From a virus, in the IMG/VR virus record IMGVR_UViG_3300008963_000001, positions 1 through 64,000 of that record: DNA of 64,000 bases. One strand, given 5' to 3'. This document shows, piece by piece, positions 16,653-25,918 of the stretch; the first letter of the stretch is position 1, and each line of letters starts with the position of its first letter. Both the position numbers and the translations under genes were made by a program. The notes under the pieces are model-generated. The model did no database searches and was not told the DNA's origin. It worked only from the letters and a program-made list of their open reading frames with translations.

Positions 16653-16664
16653 CAATACCTCCAA

Positions 16665-16683
16665 TAAATAATAGTTGTATTTA
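16665..16683. promoter_or_regulatory. Two opposed TAAATA late-promoter boxes
   Basis: TAAATA on + at 16665-16670 and on - at 16678-16683 between divergent genes. Confidence 0.55.
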
Positions 16684-16696
16684 ATTGGAACACGAT

Positions 16697-17911
16697 ATGA
16701 AGAGAATTTTTAACGCAATAGCAGAAAATGAATATGTAGAAGAGACTCTCGACAGTATTTTTACTGTATTGCTTAGAGAGACAACAGAGCAATCACAATT
16801 CCACTATTTAGACAAATATTCTTATATTGAAGGATTGCTTAAATATACCGATTTTACTAAAACCACTGATCTTTTCCAGTATATCAGACCCAAAATTCTC
16901 AAAAAAATAAGAAAAAGACGTTGTTTTTTTGTTTTTGATGCAAGTACCGAAGGCTTTAGCCCAATTTACGATTGGCTGTTTTTTGATTGCTTGTATTACA
17001 GTTGTGAGAAATATTCAATCGATCCCCGTCAAGTAATTTTTGTCAGTGCCAATCTAAGAGACGATCAAAATATAAAAAAATATTGTAGAGACAATAAAAA
17101 AGTACCTTTAAGAGTGTTCTGTTTCCCTAGTTTTGAGCAGGTTCTAGCAATAGATGAGAGACAAAAAGACCAAGAAATTGAAAAATTTTATGATATAGCA
17201 ATCGAAAAGGCACACACTAATTATAATGGAAAAATTCTATCTAGTCTAAGTAGAACCAATAGGCATTATAGAAGCCTGTCAATTTTTCTTACATATCACA
17301 GTAAATTAAGGAATATATCTCTTTTAAGTCATAATACAATAGATATTAGAGACAAAAAAAGATGGTTACAATCATATGGTCTTGCACATTGGGACGAAGG
17401 ATCGGTAGATGAATGGACAAGAGAATTACCGATGACGATTGATAGAAAAGATTTTTCTACAAATTGGGCAATAGATACACCTTATCGACATATACATGAT
17501 CAAACAGTATTTCAGGTTGTAAACGAAACTCATCAAAATAACTGGAATAAAACAAGTATGTTTTTCAGTGAAAAAACATTTAGACCCGTTGCATATTTTC
17601 AACCATTTGTAATTTATGGCCAAGCAGGGTGCAATAGATGGCTATCTAAAATAGGATATCACACCTACGATCCTTGGTTCGATCTATCGTTTGACGATAT
17701 CGAAGATCCTGTAAAACGTTGCCAAACAATGATAGAAATGCTAGAAGATACTGCATCGATGCTATTACAAATGGATCGAGAACAACAATTAAATTGGCGC
17801 TTCAAACAACCTGATCTACTCAAATCGAACTTTAAGACAATGGTAGAATCTCGTTACAGTAGACAAAAACTTCAAGACTTTCTAAAGAAAATTCAATATG
17901 AAAAAATATAA
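16697..17911 (+). CDS. Putative glycosyltransferase, remote GT10 (fucosyltransferase)-like C-terminal domain
   Basis: FQVVNET...FFSEKTFRP resembles the GT10 FENS...Y.TEK motif; start uncertain (TTG 16685 or ATG 16697). Confidence 0.5.
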   Translation: MKRIFNAIAENEYVEETLDSIFTVLLRETTEQSQFHYLDKYSYIEGLLKYTDFTKTTDLFQYIRPKILKKIRKRRCFFVFDASTEGFSPIYDWLFFDCLYYSCEKYSIDPRQVIFVSANLRDDQNIKKYCRDNKKVPLRVFCFPSFEQVLAIDERQKDQEIEKFYDIAIEKAHTNYNGKILSSLSRTNRHYRSLSIFLTYHSKLRNISLLSHNTIDIRDKKRWLQSYGLAHWDEGSVDEWTRELPMTIDRKDFSTNWAIDTPYRHIHDQTVFQVVNETHQNNWNKTSMFFSEKTFRPVAYFQPFVIYGQAGCNRWLSKIGYHTYDPWFDLSFDDIEDPVKRCQTMIEMLEDTASMLLQMDREQQLNWRFKQPDLLKSNFKTMVESRYSRQKLQDFLKKIQYEKI

Positions 17912-18749
17912 AAGACTTTTTACATTTGGGTGCAGTTTTACTGACTACTGGTGGCTTACATGGCCAGAAATTTTAGGCTACGAACTAGATGTTCCAGTAT
18001 ACAACTATGGCAGATGTGGTGCCGGCAACACTTATATTTTCAACACATTCTGCCAAGCAGATGCAAAATTTAATTTTAACGAACACGACTTAGTAGTAAT
18101 CAGCTGGACCAATGTTGCTAGAGAAGACAGACACGTAAACGGAGATTGGATAACCCCAGGAAATATCTACACTCAAGATATATACGGCGCAAAGTATGTA
18201 AAAAAATGGGCAGATACGTTAGGATATTTAGTAAGAGACCTAGCCTATATACATTCTGCAACAGAAATTTTAAAAACACGCGGTGTAGATTTTTATAATT
18301 TACAGATGTGCGAACTAGTATATCAAGCCGATCAACAGTCTGCAGATTTTAACGTAGCAGATAAAGAAAATAAACATTATCAAAATTTAAAAAAACAATA
18401 CAAAAAAACTATAGACACATTAAAGCCTAGTTTTATGACTGTTCTTTGGGATAATAATATTGGTAGTAACAAACACCTTTTAGATAAAAAATATTTTAAT
18501 TATTTTAGCGACGGGCACCCGCTACCTCTAGAGCACTTGGCATATTTAGAAAATATTTTAAATATAGATTTTTCCAAGAACACTAACAATGTTGTTAGAC
18601 AAAAACAAGAAAAATTTATTTCGATAATCAATCAAGCAGAGCAGGAATATAAAAAAAGTTTTCATTTATTCGAATTACCGCAAATTATACAAAATAGAAT
18701 AACGGAAGAATGTAAGCTAAAGATAGAACTAAAACCAAATGTCTTGTAA
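17898..18749 (+). CDS. SGNH/GDSL-like hydrolase or O-acyltransferase
   Basis: FGCSFT block I, NYGRCGAGN block II, C-terminal DGHP (DxH) block V. Confidence 0.65.
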   Translation: MKKYKRLFTFGCSFTDYWWLTWPEILGYELDVPVYNYGRCGAGNTYIFNTFCQADAKFNFNEHDLVVISWTNVAREDRHVNGDWITPGNIYTQDIYGAKYVKKWADTLGYLVRDLAYIHSATEILKTRGVDFYNLQMCELVYQADQQSADFNVADKENKHYQNLKKQYKKTIDTLKPSFMTVLWDNNIGSNKHLLDKKYFNYFSDGHPLPLEHLAYLENILNIDFSKNTNNVVRQKQEKFISIINQAEQEYKKSFHLFELPQIIQNRITEECKLKIELKPNVL

Positions 18750-19904
18750 TTCAGGAAAAGTTTTGCAAAAACTTTGAGATCTTTTAGAATCAAGTTCTTT
18801 GGTAATTGCTTTAAACATTCTATGTATATTGTTGTCGTACTGGCTATTTTGTAAAAAACTAATTACACCGTTTATTTGATTTTCTACATGTTCATTATAT
18901 CTAGTTTTGTTGGATTCTAATTTATCAATAATTTTTTCTTTGAGCGGTTGCGGGATAATTTGGAAAGTATAAAACGACGGGTTTTGGATGCAATATAATA
19001 TTGGATAAAAGTCATCTATATCGAACAAGTTGTTTTCTAAAAGATAGTCAAAAAATTCAGGTATTGTGTATACATTAAACACACTAACTACAGAACTCAG
19101 TGAAAGAGCTACATTATCTCCTAGTGAGTTTATTTCTCTAATATTTTCTTCGATATCTTGCCATTTAGATCCGTCTCTAATATACTCTGCACGACTGCCC
19201 CAGCTATCTAGACTCCCTGAGATTACAATATTATTAATTTTATTCCAATAGTCTACAACTTTCTTGTCCTTAAATTTCAACTTGGATAGATTCGAGTTAT
19301 ACCTTATTTTTACATCGCGCCGATTCATTTTAACTATTTCATCTAAGATATCATAGTGTGTTTGCATCAGCAAGGGTTCGCCGCCTGCAAAATAAAAAGT
19401 ATCTACATAAGGAAAATGCTGTTTTATATCTTCGTACAGTTCTGTATTTTCTTTGCCGCCCGCAAAAACATATGTTTTTGCATGATTGTTTTCTTTTGCC
19501 CAGCTTGAACTAAATGTAGGACTACAGCTTCTGCATTTAAAATTACAGATGTTGCTCCACCTCACGTCTATGTAACGCAGTTTAAACTCAGGCAGGCATC
19601 CGTTATCTTCTGTAACATCTTTGAGATACGCATACTTTTCAAAATCTCTGTTCGCTTCCTGCCTAAAACTTGCATTTCCGTTATCCTCGTTGTTATAACA
19701 ACTTGTGCAAGTATCGCTGCGCTCGCCATTCAACATCTTTTTGCGCAGGTCGCGATATGCTTTTTGATTCCAAATATCTTCTATTCTATCTTGTCTAACA
19801 TTACCTAGAGACAATGTGTGGTTAGCAACACAGCAGGGCAATACTTTACCGTCTGTATCCGCATACATGTGTATCCAAGGCAAAATGCAAAACGTATCGG
19901 CCAT
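18729..19904 (-). CDS. Radical SAM enzyme with N-terminal SPASM/twitch-like Cys domain
   Basis: CNFKCRSC, FAGGEPLL, YNSN; N-terminal FCILPW...PCC...CTSC. Confidence 0.9.
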   Translation of the reverse strand: MADTFCILPWIHMYADTDGKVLPCCVANHTLSLGNVRQDRIEDIWNQKAYRDLRKKMLNGERSDTCTSCYNNEDNGNASFRQEANRDFEKYAYLKDVTEDNGCLPEFKLRYIDVRWSNICNFKCRSCSPTFSSSWAKENNHAKTYVFAGGKENTELYEDIKQHFPYVDTFYFAGGEPLLMQTHYDILDEIVKMNRRDVKIRYNSNLSKLKFKDKKVVDYWNKINNIVISGSLDSWGSRAEYIRDGSKWQDIEENIREINSLGDNVALSLSSVVSVFNVYTIPEFFDYLLENNLFDIDDFYPILYCIQNPSFYTFQIIPQPLKEKIIDKLESNKTRYNEHVENQINGVISFLQNSQYDNNIHRMFKAITKELDSKRSQSFCKTFPELQDIWF

Positions 19905-21275
19905 CTATGCTACCTCACAATAGTCTTGCATGAATTCTACATATTCTGGAAATGTTTCCTGAAAGTTTGTTTGCCGTCTTCTGTCGTATTCTCTAAACCA
20001 GCGGGCAAAATCTCTCCTGCCTTCTTGAATTTTTGATTCTGAGTACTTTGTTACATTCATGTATTCTACAACACGCTTGAATTTTTCATATTCGATAGTT
20101 GAAAATTTAAATTTATCGTTGTTATCAAGATTATTTCGAATGTAGGCTAGATTTTCTTTCATATATGGCATGAATTTATCTTTCGGTAATATATTCATAT
20201 CATATTGCAGGGGTTCTTTTAAGTAGGGAGTGTCGAACCGGATTCTCTGCCATTGTTTTTGGTTGTCGATATTATATCGACTTCGCCACTCTAGCATTTT
20301 TTCTAACAGGCTAGTAAAATTGGCTACTGTTAGAATGTTGAATGTTATCATAAAGGTGATCGGCAGATTGGTTTTAGTAAGATATAAATCTAAATTGCGT
20401 TCCCAAAGTTCTATATCGAGACCGGTCCTTAAATATTCTGCACGATTGCCCCAGGTGTCTATCGATGTAAAAACTTTAAAATCTTTAATGCAGTTGTTCG
20501 CTATGAGATTGTTGATTTTGTCTGCTAACCGCTCTACTAATTTAGTTTTTACACCTAAATTTGTGTTTATGTTTAATTCTAATTGCGGTTGAGGATTTTT
20601 TTCTAGCTCGTCGAACAATCTCCACGTGCTTTGTTGCAATAATGGCTCCCCGCCGGTGATTCTAAGGATAGTAAGTGTTTTTATTAGTTCTGGCCACCAC
20701 TCCCACCATGCGTCAACATAGGGATTTTCTTCTTCCTTGTAAACATTGAACCAGTCAATGTCGTTCCTATGATTTTTTACCATATCATAGGGTCCAAAAT
20801 CTCTAATTTCTTTGTGGTAAGTGCTAGAATGCTTAGGATGGCAATAGCCACACTTGAAGTTGCACTCATTTCCGAAACTTATTTCCACGTATTGAGGATT
20901 TATATTTTGGTCCCATGAACCTTTTGTTATTTGATCGTATCTCTCTGGTGTGTAGATACTTGCGTTGCGCTCTTTTCTGTCGGAAATGTATTCTTTGCCT
21001 AAATCTTCGATATTCCAGCAATACTGGCACCCCGAAGGTCTTTCTCCCTCTAACATTTCTGCTCTTTCTAACTTCTTAAGTGGTGTATTATGGAGCGCAC
21101 TGGGGTTTTCTTTGAGTTCTTCTATTGGTATCGGGTGCGGTGCAGGATGATAACAACTGTGAGTTTCACCAGTTTGTAAATAAATTGTAGTGTGATGCCA
21201 CTTGGCAAGGCAGAAGCTAGGACTAACTGCGTCCATTAAAGGAATTATCTTATCAATCTGCTCTTTATTACTCAT
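19905..21275 (-). CDS. Radical SAM enzyme with N-terminal SPASM/twitch-like Cys domain
   Basis: CNFKCGYC, ITGGEPLL, INTN; N-terminal FCLAKW...HSCYH...CQYC; start likely ATG 21275. Confidence 0.9.
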   Translation of the reverse strand: MSNKEQIDKIIPLMDAVSPSFCLAKWHHTTIYLQTGETHSCYHPAPHPIPIEELKENPSALHNTPLKKLERAEMLEGERPSGCQYCWNIEDLGKEYISDRKERNASIYTPERYDQITKGSWDQNINPQYVEISFGNECNFKCGYCHPKHSSTYHKEIRDFGPYDMVKNHRNDIDWFNVYKEEENPYVDAWWEWWPELIKTLTILRITGGEPLLQQSTWRLFDELEKNPQPQLELNINTNLGVKTKLVERLADKINNLIANNCIKDFKVFTSIDTWGNRAEYLRTGLDIELWERNLDLYLTKTNLPITFMITFNILTVANFTSLLEKMLEWRSRYNIDNQKQWQRIRFDTPYLKEPLQYDMNILPKDKFMPYMKENLAYIRNNLDNNDKFKFSTIEYEKFKRVVEYMNVTKYSESKIQEGRRDFARWFREYDRRRQTNFQETFPEYVEFMQDYCEVA

Positions 21276-22320
21276 AAACTTTATCAAACTGCTGTTTTAA
21301 CCAATCAAAATCATTTATAGACTCGAATCCGTCTCGATCGGTTCTGTGGGTTAAGCCGAATGCGTAACCTTGTTCGGCACCTGTTAATGCATACTGGCCA
21401 AACGGCTTGTCTGATCCTACAGTTTTCCAAATTTTTAATCTTTCTTCGGTGTCGTCGTCTACTTGATTAGGAATAATTTTACTTGATAACTTGGCACATT
21501 CTCGAAATGCTGATTTCCATGTATTAAAAGGATCAGTATTAAACTCTGTTGTGTTAGAAACAGTGTCGATATATTTAAATTTTCCGCTTATACTAGTAGT
21601 CATGTCGGTTTTTTCGGAGTCGACATCTAACGTGTAGCTTCTTGGTAACAGTTTAACACCACCATACCCGTATTTTAATCCATTTATAGGATTATTGCTT
21701 GCCCAAACATAAACAGTGTCTCTCTGAAATTGATCAGGGGAATGATCAAATCTAAAATTATCATCTATATCAGCATCGCCGTCTACTACATAAAACATTT
21801 CCGACGTAACAAGCTTTGCAGCTTCTCTATGTGCATTATGGATTCCTTTAACACCATGAATTCTGTGAGCAGCGGGCGCCTTTTGTTTTAGTTTTCTAAA
21901 GTTTTTTTCTGCATTTGGTTCATTGTAACTAATAAAGACCACTTCAAAGAATTCATCCTGCTTTTTAGGGCGGCTTATTTCTAGGTTAACTTCTTTTCGG
22001 TTAATAAAAAATTTATGTTTAAATTCAACTTTACTAGGATTTAGGTTTTTTGGGAACAAGCAAACACCGTCAAATGTTCCGCCGTTCTTAAAAATATGAA
22101 CAAACATGTCGTCGTATTTGTCAGCACGATATGAATTTAAGTCAAAGTCGTAATCAATTTCTAGATTATCCCATACAACCCAAAACATCTTTGTTAGAGA
22201 TTTTTTCTTCAGCTGATCAAACTCGGCATCCGGAGGCATTCTATATGCTCTTGGATAATGAATCTTAAATTCATCCCAATCTTTATTGTTCGTGCCTAGG
22301 TATATTATATCGTAGTTCAT
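21268..22320 (-). CDS. GT-A fold glycosyltransferase-like protein with an N-terminal degenerate duplicate domain
   Basis: VVFISYNEP, DxD motif VDGDAD, NGLKYGYGGVKL; paralog of 22317-23207. Confidence 0.65.
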   Translation of the reverse strand: MNYDIIYLGTNNKDWDEFKIHYPRAYRMPPDAEFDQLKKKSLTKMFWVVWDNLEIDYDFDLNSYRADKYDDMFVHIFKNGGTFDGVCLFPKNLNPSKVEFKHKFFINRKEVNLEISRPKKQDEFFEVVFISYNEPNAEKNFRKLKQKAPAAHRIHGVKGIHNAHREAAKLVTSEMFYVVDGDADIDDNFRFDHSPDQFQRDTVYVWASNNPINGLKYGYGGVKLLPRSYTLDVDSEKTDMTTSISGKFKYIDTVSNTTEFNTDPFNTWKSAFRECAKLSSKIIPNQVDDDTEERLKIWKTVGSDKPFGQYALTGAEQGYAFGLTHRTDRDGFESINDFDWLKQQFDKVYE

Positions 22321-23207
22321 GATAGATAATAGGTTTTGCAGAGATTGATAGTTTCGTTATAGACATCTAAGGCGTATTCACTCATATCGCAATCTAAACA
22401 AGGAAAGTTTAATCCTAATCGCAATTTAATTTCTTGACCTAGAGTTTTAATAGTGTCGGTTACTTCTGATCCTGTTAATTTTGATACTTTTTCATTGTAA
22501 ATCTCAGTTAATTTTTCAAAATCTCTCACATCTACATGATCCCAGTCAGTGCAATACGTCATATGTACACCCATTCTTGCACCAAGCACCGCAAATTCGC
22601 CATTTTCAACATGTGACCCGACTGTGCACCACTGTCTTAATCTGTGTAAGTTGTGCCACCACACCTCTTCTTTAATTCTATCTGGATTTACCTTTTCTCC
22701 ATCGGCCAGTGTCATTTTTACACCTTCTCTAAAGCCGGCGCGCCATGCTTGAAAAGGCGTTTTATTAATATTTGTATCACTAAAAACTTGTGGAAACGCT
22801 CTATAACCGTTTTCCCAACAAAAGTCTACTTCTGCACGCTTGTTTTCTGCGGCCTCGTGTGTTTTCATGCCCAAAATAAAATCTTTTTTCCACAACTTTA
22901 ACCCGCCGTTGCCGTATCTTAGCCCGTTGATGTTGTTTTGCCCGCACCAACTGTATACTTCTATATTGTTGTCTGTCATATCTAAATCGAGATTAAAAAA
23001 ATCCGTTCTTACAACGTTGTCTGCATCAACTGTCAACAAACACTCTGTTTCACTTAATTCGGCGGCTGCTTTGTGGGCAGCGTCTGATCCCTTAACTCCG
23101 TGTATTCTTTTGGTCCAAGGTACTTTATCACAGAGGTCTGCGAAGTTTTCTTCCGCATTAGGTTCGTCATAACTGATAAAAACTACATCAAATTCGAGTG
23201 GTTTCAT
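22317..23207 (-). CDS. GT-A fold glycosyltransferase-like protein
   Basis: VVFISYDEP, VDADN DxD motif, NGLRYGNGGLKL. Confidence 0.7.
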   Translation of the reverse strand: MKPLEFDVVFISYDEPNAEENFADLCDKVPWTKRIHGVKGSDAAHKAAAELSETECLLTVDADNVVRTDFFNLDLDMTDNNIEVYSWCGQNNINGLRYGNGGLKLWKKDFILGMKTHEAAENKRAEVDFCWENGYRAFPQVFSDTNINKTPFQAWRAGFREGVKMTLADGEKVNPDRIKEEVWWHNLHRLRQWCTVGSHVENGEFAVLGARMGVHMTYCTDWDHVDVRDFEKLTEIYNEKVSKLTGSEVTDTIKTLGQEIKLRLGLNFPCLDCDMSEYALDVYNETINLCKTYYLS

Positions 23208-23830
23208 ACAAAATCCATTACATATTTCTTAAAAAGTCGCCTAGTATATAAGCTGATATTGTCATGCGGCACGGTTATTTGAAACTCCATATCTCCGTTG
23301 ACTAGGTCTATAATATTAAAAGAAAATTTATCAAAAATAATGTTAGGGTCGTTGTATTCTGTTACCAAAAAATCCATTTCGGTATCGCCTGACCAGTGTA
23401 TCTTTCTAGACTTTGGCTGATTGGTTGATTCTAAATCTACATAATTGCCTCCCCATTGCTTGCCTAATTGTATTTTTAAGCTGCTGGTCACGGTGTTATG
23501 ACACACAAAAACGTCTGCATCTTCGTGTTCGCACCATTTTTTTGATGGGATTCTGTGTAGAACGTCATCGATTTTGGTTAAACTTTGTGTTTCTACAATA
23601 TCAACACCGCCGCTATCGATGTCTAGGTAACAGTTGTGTATCTTTATTTCGCCATTTAGTATTCTTTCTGCTAATTCCTCGTCAAGGTCGACGATGTTTA
23701 CATCGTCATTAAAAGAAATAGACGGGCCGACTTTGACTATTTTAAAGCTGTCTGGGTCGAATCTTGCTTTGTATTGTATTTTCTCTGCTTCGGCGTTTTG
23801 AATTTCTTGTAATAAATCTACTTCTGCCAT
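23204..23830 (-). CDS. Acidic hypothetical protein in the glycosyltransferase operon
   Basis: 208 aa ORF overlapping neighbours; no family recognised. Confidence 0.75.
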   Translation of the reverse strand: MAEVDLLQEIQNAEAEKIQYKARFDPDSFKIVKVGPSISFNDDVNIVDLDEELAERILNGEIKIHNCYLDIDSGGVDIVETQSLTKIDDVLHRIPSKKWCEHEDADVFVCHNTVTSSLKIQLGKQWGGNYVDLESTNQPKSRKIHWSGDTEMDFLVTEYNDPNIIFDKFSFNIIDLVNGDMEFQITVPHDNISLYTRRLFKKYVMDFV

Positions 23831-24657
23831 GCTTTGTGCTCCAACGTACTGATTATTTCTCTAGTCATTAGATCTTTTTCAACATAGTGCACAATATCGT
23901 TCTGTTGATAATTGCCAATTTTTAAATTTGCGTCTTTGTTGATATAGAATCCCACATGATTAGTAGATTTGTTTGCTGGCCAAGGCCAATTTTGCACCAT
24001 GGGCTTAAAATGAACTACTCTAGGAAACGCAAGATCGTAGGCAATATCGTCTTCGATCCCTAGAATCTTTGCTGACAGTGCAAATGCTTCGTCGGTCCCT
24101 ATGACTTTGGGTTTGTGTTTGCTTAGGAATAAATTTGAAAAAGCATCGCTGTCTTTTAAAATTTCTCTCTGTAGGTTAAAAAAATCTCTGCAGAGGTCAC
24201 TGTTCTTAACAAAAAATGTGTAAAAGGAATAAAGATTAGGCAAATCGTTTGCTGTGAATGTTTTTCTGTAATAGTCATCTTGAATCTGTTCTCCCCTATA
24301 CGTATACGCACAAGAAGGAATATACAATTCACAGTTGTCTAAGAAATAGTCGATCCAATGACTGTAATCTCTCAAAAAAATCATATCAGCATCGAGACAC
24401 ACTGTTGCATCCCACGGCGAGTATAGATCCATATTGGATCTTCCGTCCCAGCCTTCGGGCAGTGATTCTATAATCACTGTATCGAACACCCATGAACTTT
24501 CTATATTATCTAAAAGGCCGCCATCTTCTAAAACAAGTGCTACCTTGTCGTATCCGTGCTTTTGGGTAGTTTTTATACTCAAGGCAAGTGCATATGCAAG
24601 ATTGATGTAATCCATATCATCGTGCTGTTTGCAAACTATTAAATATCCAAAATTCAT
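23818..24657 (-). CDS. GT-A (GT8-like) glycosyltransferase
   Basis: Y...A..LA.S N-terminus, SPWDATVCLDADMIF DxD motif, GTDE, late VHFK/VHY motifs. Confidence 0.7.
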   Translation of the reverse strand: MNFGYLIVCKQHDDMDYINLAYALALSIKTTQKHGYDKVALVLEDGGLLDNIESSWVFDTVIIESLPEGWDGRSNMDLYSPWDATVCLDADMIFLRDYSHWIDYFLDNCELYIPSCAYTYRGEQIQDDYYRKTFTANDLPNLYSFYTFFVKNSDLCRDFFNLQREILKDSDAFSNLFLSKHKPKVIGTDEAFALSAKILGIEDDIAYDLAFPRVVHFKPMVQNWPWPANKSTNHVGFYINKDANLKIGNYQQNDIVHYVEKDLMTREIISTLEHKAWQK

Positions 24658-25514
24658 ATGCTGTCTAACAGTGCCTCGTAATTTCTTGTTATGCTCTTTT
24701 TATTCATAACGTGGACGTCTCTCTCTGCTAGAGAAGTTACATAATATTTTCCGGTTAAGTCTTTGTCAATTAAAAAACACAATCTGTCGTTGTTAACATG
24801 TGAAAGACAGTCTTTGTCTAGTGTTGTAAGCACGTCTGGTAAAAAATAATCAGTTGATTCCTCAAAACCGTCGGCAATATGTTTAGCAACACTAAAAGCA
24901 ATGTCGTTGCGATATTGAAGACTGTCAAACCTATATAAACTAGCAAATGTAGTATAATTTTCTCTAATAGTTTCAACCAAATCAAATATTAATTTAGATT
25001 CTAGATCTTTTTTAAACATTACAGTAGTAGCCCAAAGCATTTTGGGCCCGGTGGATGAAACGTATCTATCCATATATTTCAGGCGATCTTCTGTGTTGAT
25101 GTCTAGGGCCGCGCTGCTGATTAGAAAAGACTGATCAATGTCCCAATAGCTGTTTAACCGGTTTGATTGGACAATGAAATCACAATCGATTAACAGTGTT
25201 TCTTGGTAAGGTGTTAGATACCATGCACTAGACCTATTTTGGTTTGTAAACAGTACATTATGGCAGGCCTGCATGTCTTGTAATTTTCTAGTGTTGTTGG
25301 GCTCGGGTCTTTCGTCAACAATAATTTGATCGAACACAGATTGTGCTGTTGGGTATATGTTGGAAGACTGCATCCACTCCGTTGTCGAATCGTCTGTTAC
25401 TAGAGACACAGGAAGACCTAAATTTTTCTTAGCAAGAGATGCTGACACAATAGCAATGCGGGCATAGTCCACATCTCTATTGTTGTGTGCATACATCAAC
25501 ACACCTCTAGTCAT
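24654..25514 (-). CDS. GT-A (GT8-like) glycosyltransferase
   Basis: TPYQETLLIDCDF DxD motif, RNDIAFS, HVMNK; paralog of 23818-24657. Confidence 0.7.
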   Translation of the reverse strand: MTRGVLMYAHNNRDVDYARIAIVSASLAKKNLGLPVSLVTDDSTTEWMQSSNIYPTAQSVFDQIIVDERPEPNNTRKLQDMQACHNVLFTNQNRSSAWYLTPYQETLLIDCDFIVQSNRLNSYWDIDQSFLISSAALDINTEDRLKYMDRYVSSTGPKMLWATTVMFKKDLESKLIFDLVETIRENYTTFASLYRFDSLQYRNDIAFSVAKHIADGFEESTDYFLPDVLTTLDKDCLSHVNNDRLCFLIDKDLTGKYYVTSLAERDVHVMNKKSITRNYEALLDSI

Positions 25515-25857
25515 TCAGTAGTTTCTCCACTGATCGTTTTTTACTGAATTCTTTGTATTCTTCGTAATACTCAAAACTAGTAGTAAAATATCGATCAAAA
25601 ACTTCATCTTTGAATACTTCCACGTCTTTGATTAAAACCGGATTGTCGTTGCTGTCGAGAAGGACAACATTGTGTGTTCTCCCCATATCGATTAAAGTGT
25701 GAACAAAGTTTAAAAGAGTTTGATCTATTTTAAATAGGCCGCCATTATAACCAAATGTAAGACGTGCTTCGGCCTTTTCTTTAAGTAGGCGTTTTTGAGA
25801 TGATAGTGTTTGACGATAATTTGCAAAGTCAAGGGCTTGCTGAAACTGCTCGTTCAT
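25507..25857 (-). CDS. Hypothetical protein (possibly DUF4376-like tail-associated chaperone)
   Basis: 116 aa; SD GGAG; GGLFKID...LLDSNDNPVLI pattern; first gene behind the promoter at 25878-25906. Confidence 0.7.
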   Translation of the reverse strand: MNEQFQQALDFANYRQTLSSQKRLLKEKAEARLTFGYNGGLFKIDQTLLNFVHTLIDMGRTHNVVLLDSNDNPVLIKDVEVFKDEVFDRYFTTSFEYYEEYKEFSKKRSVEKLLND

Positions 25858-25877
25858 AATTTCTCCAAATTAAAATT

Positions 25878-25906
25878 ATAGTAGCAGTTTATTTAAGCAT
25901 TGTCAA
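25878..25906 (-). promoter_or_regulatory. Composite sigma70 (extended -10) plus TAAATA promoter for the GT/radical SAM operon
   Basis: Minus strand TTGACA(25906-25901)-N17-TACTAT(25883-25878) with TGn extension; TAAATA at 25895-25890. Confidence 0.7.
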
Positions 25907-25918
25907 CTACAATAGAGG

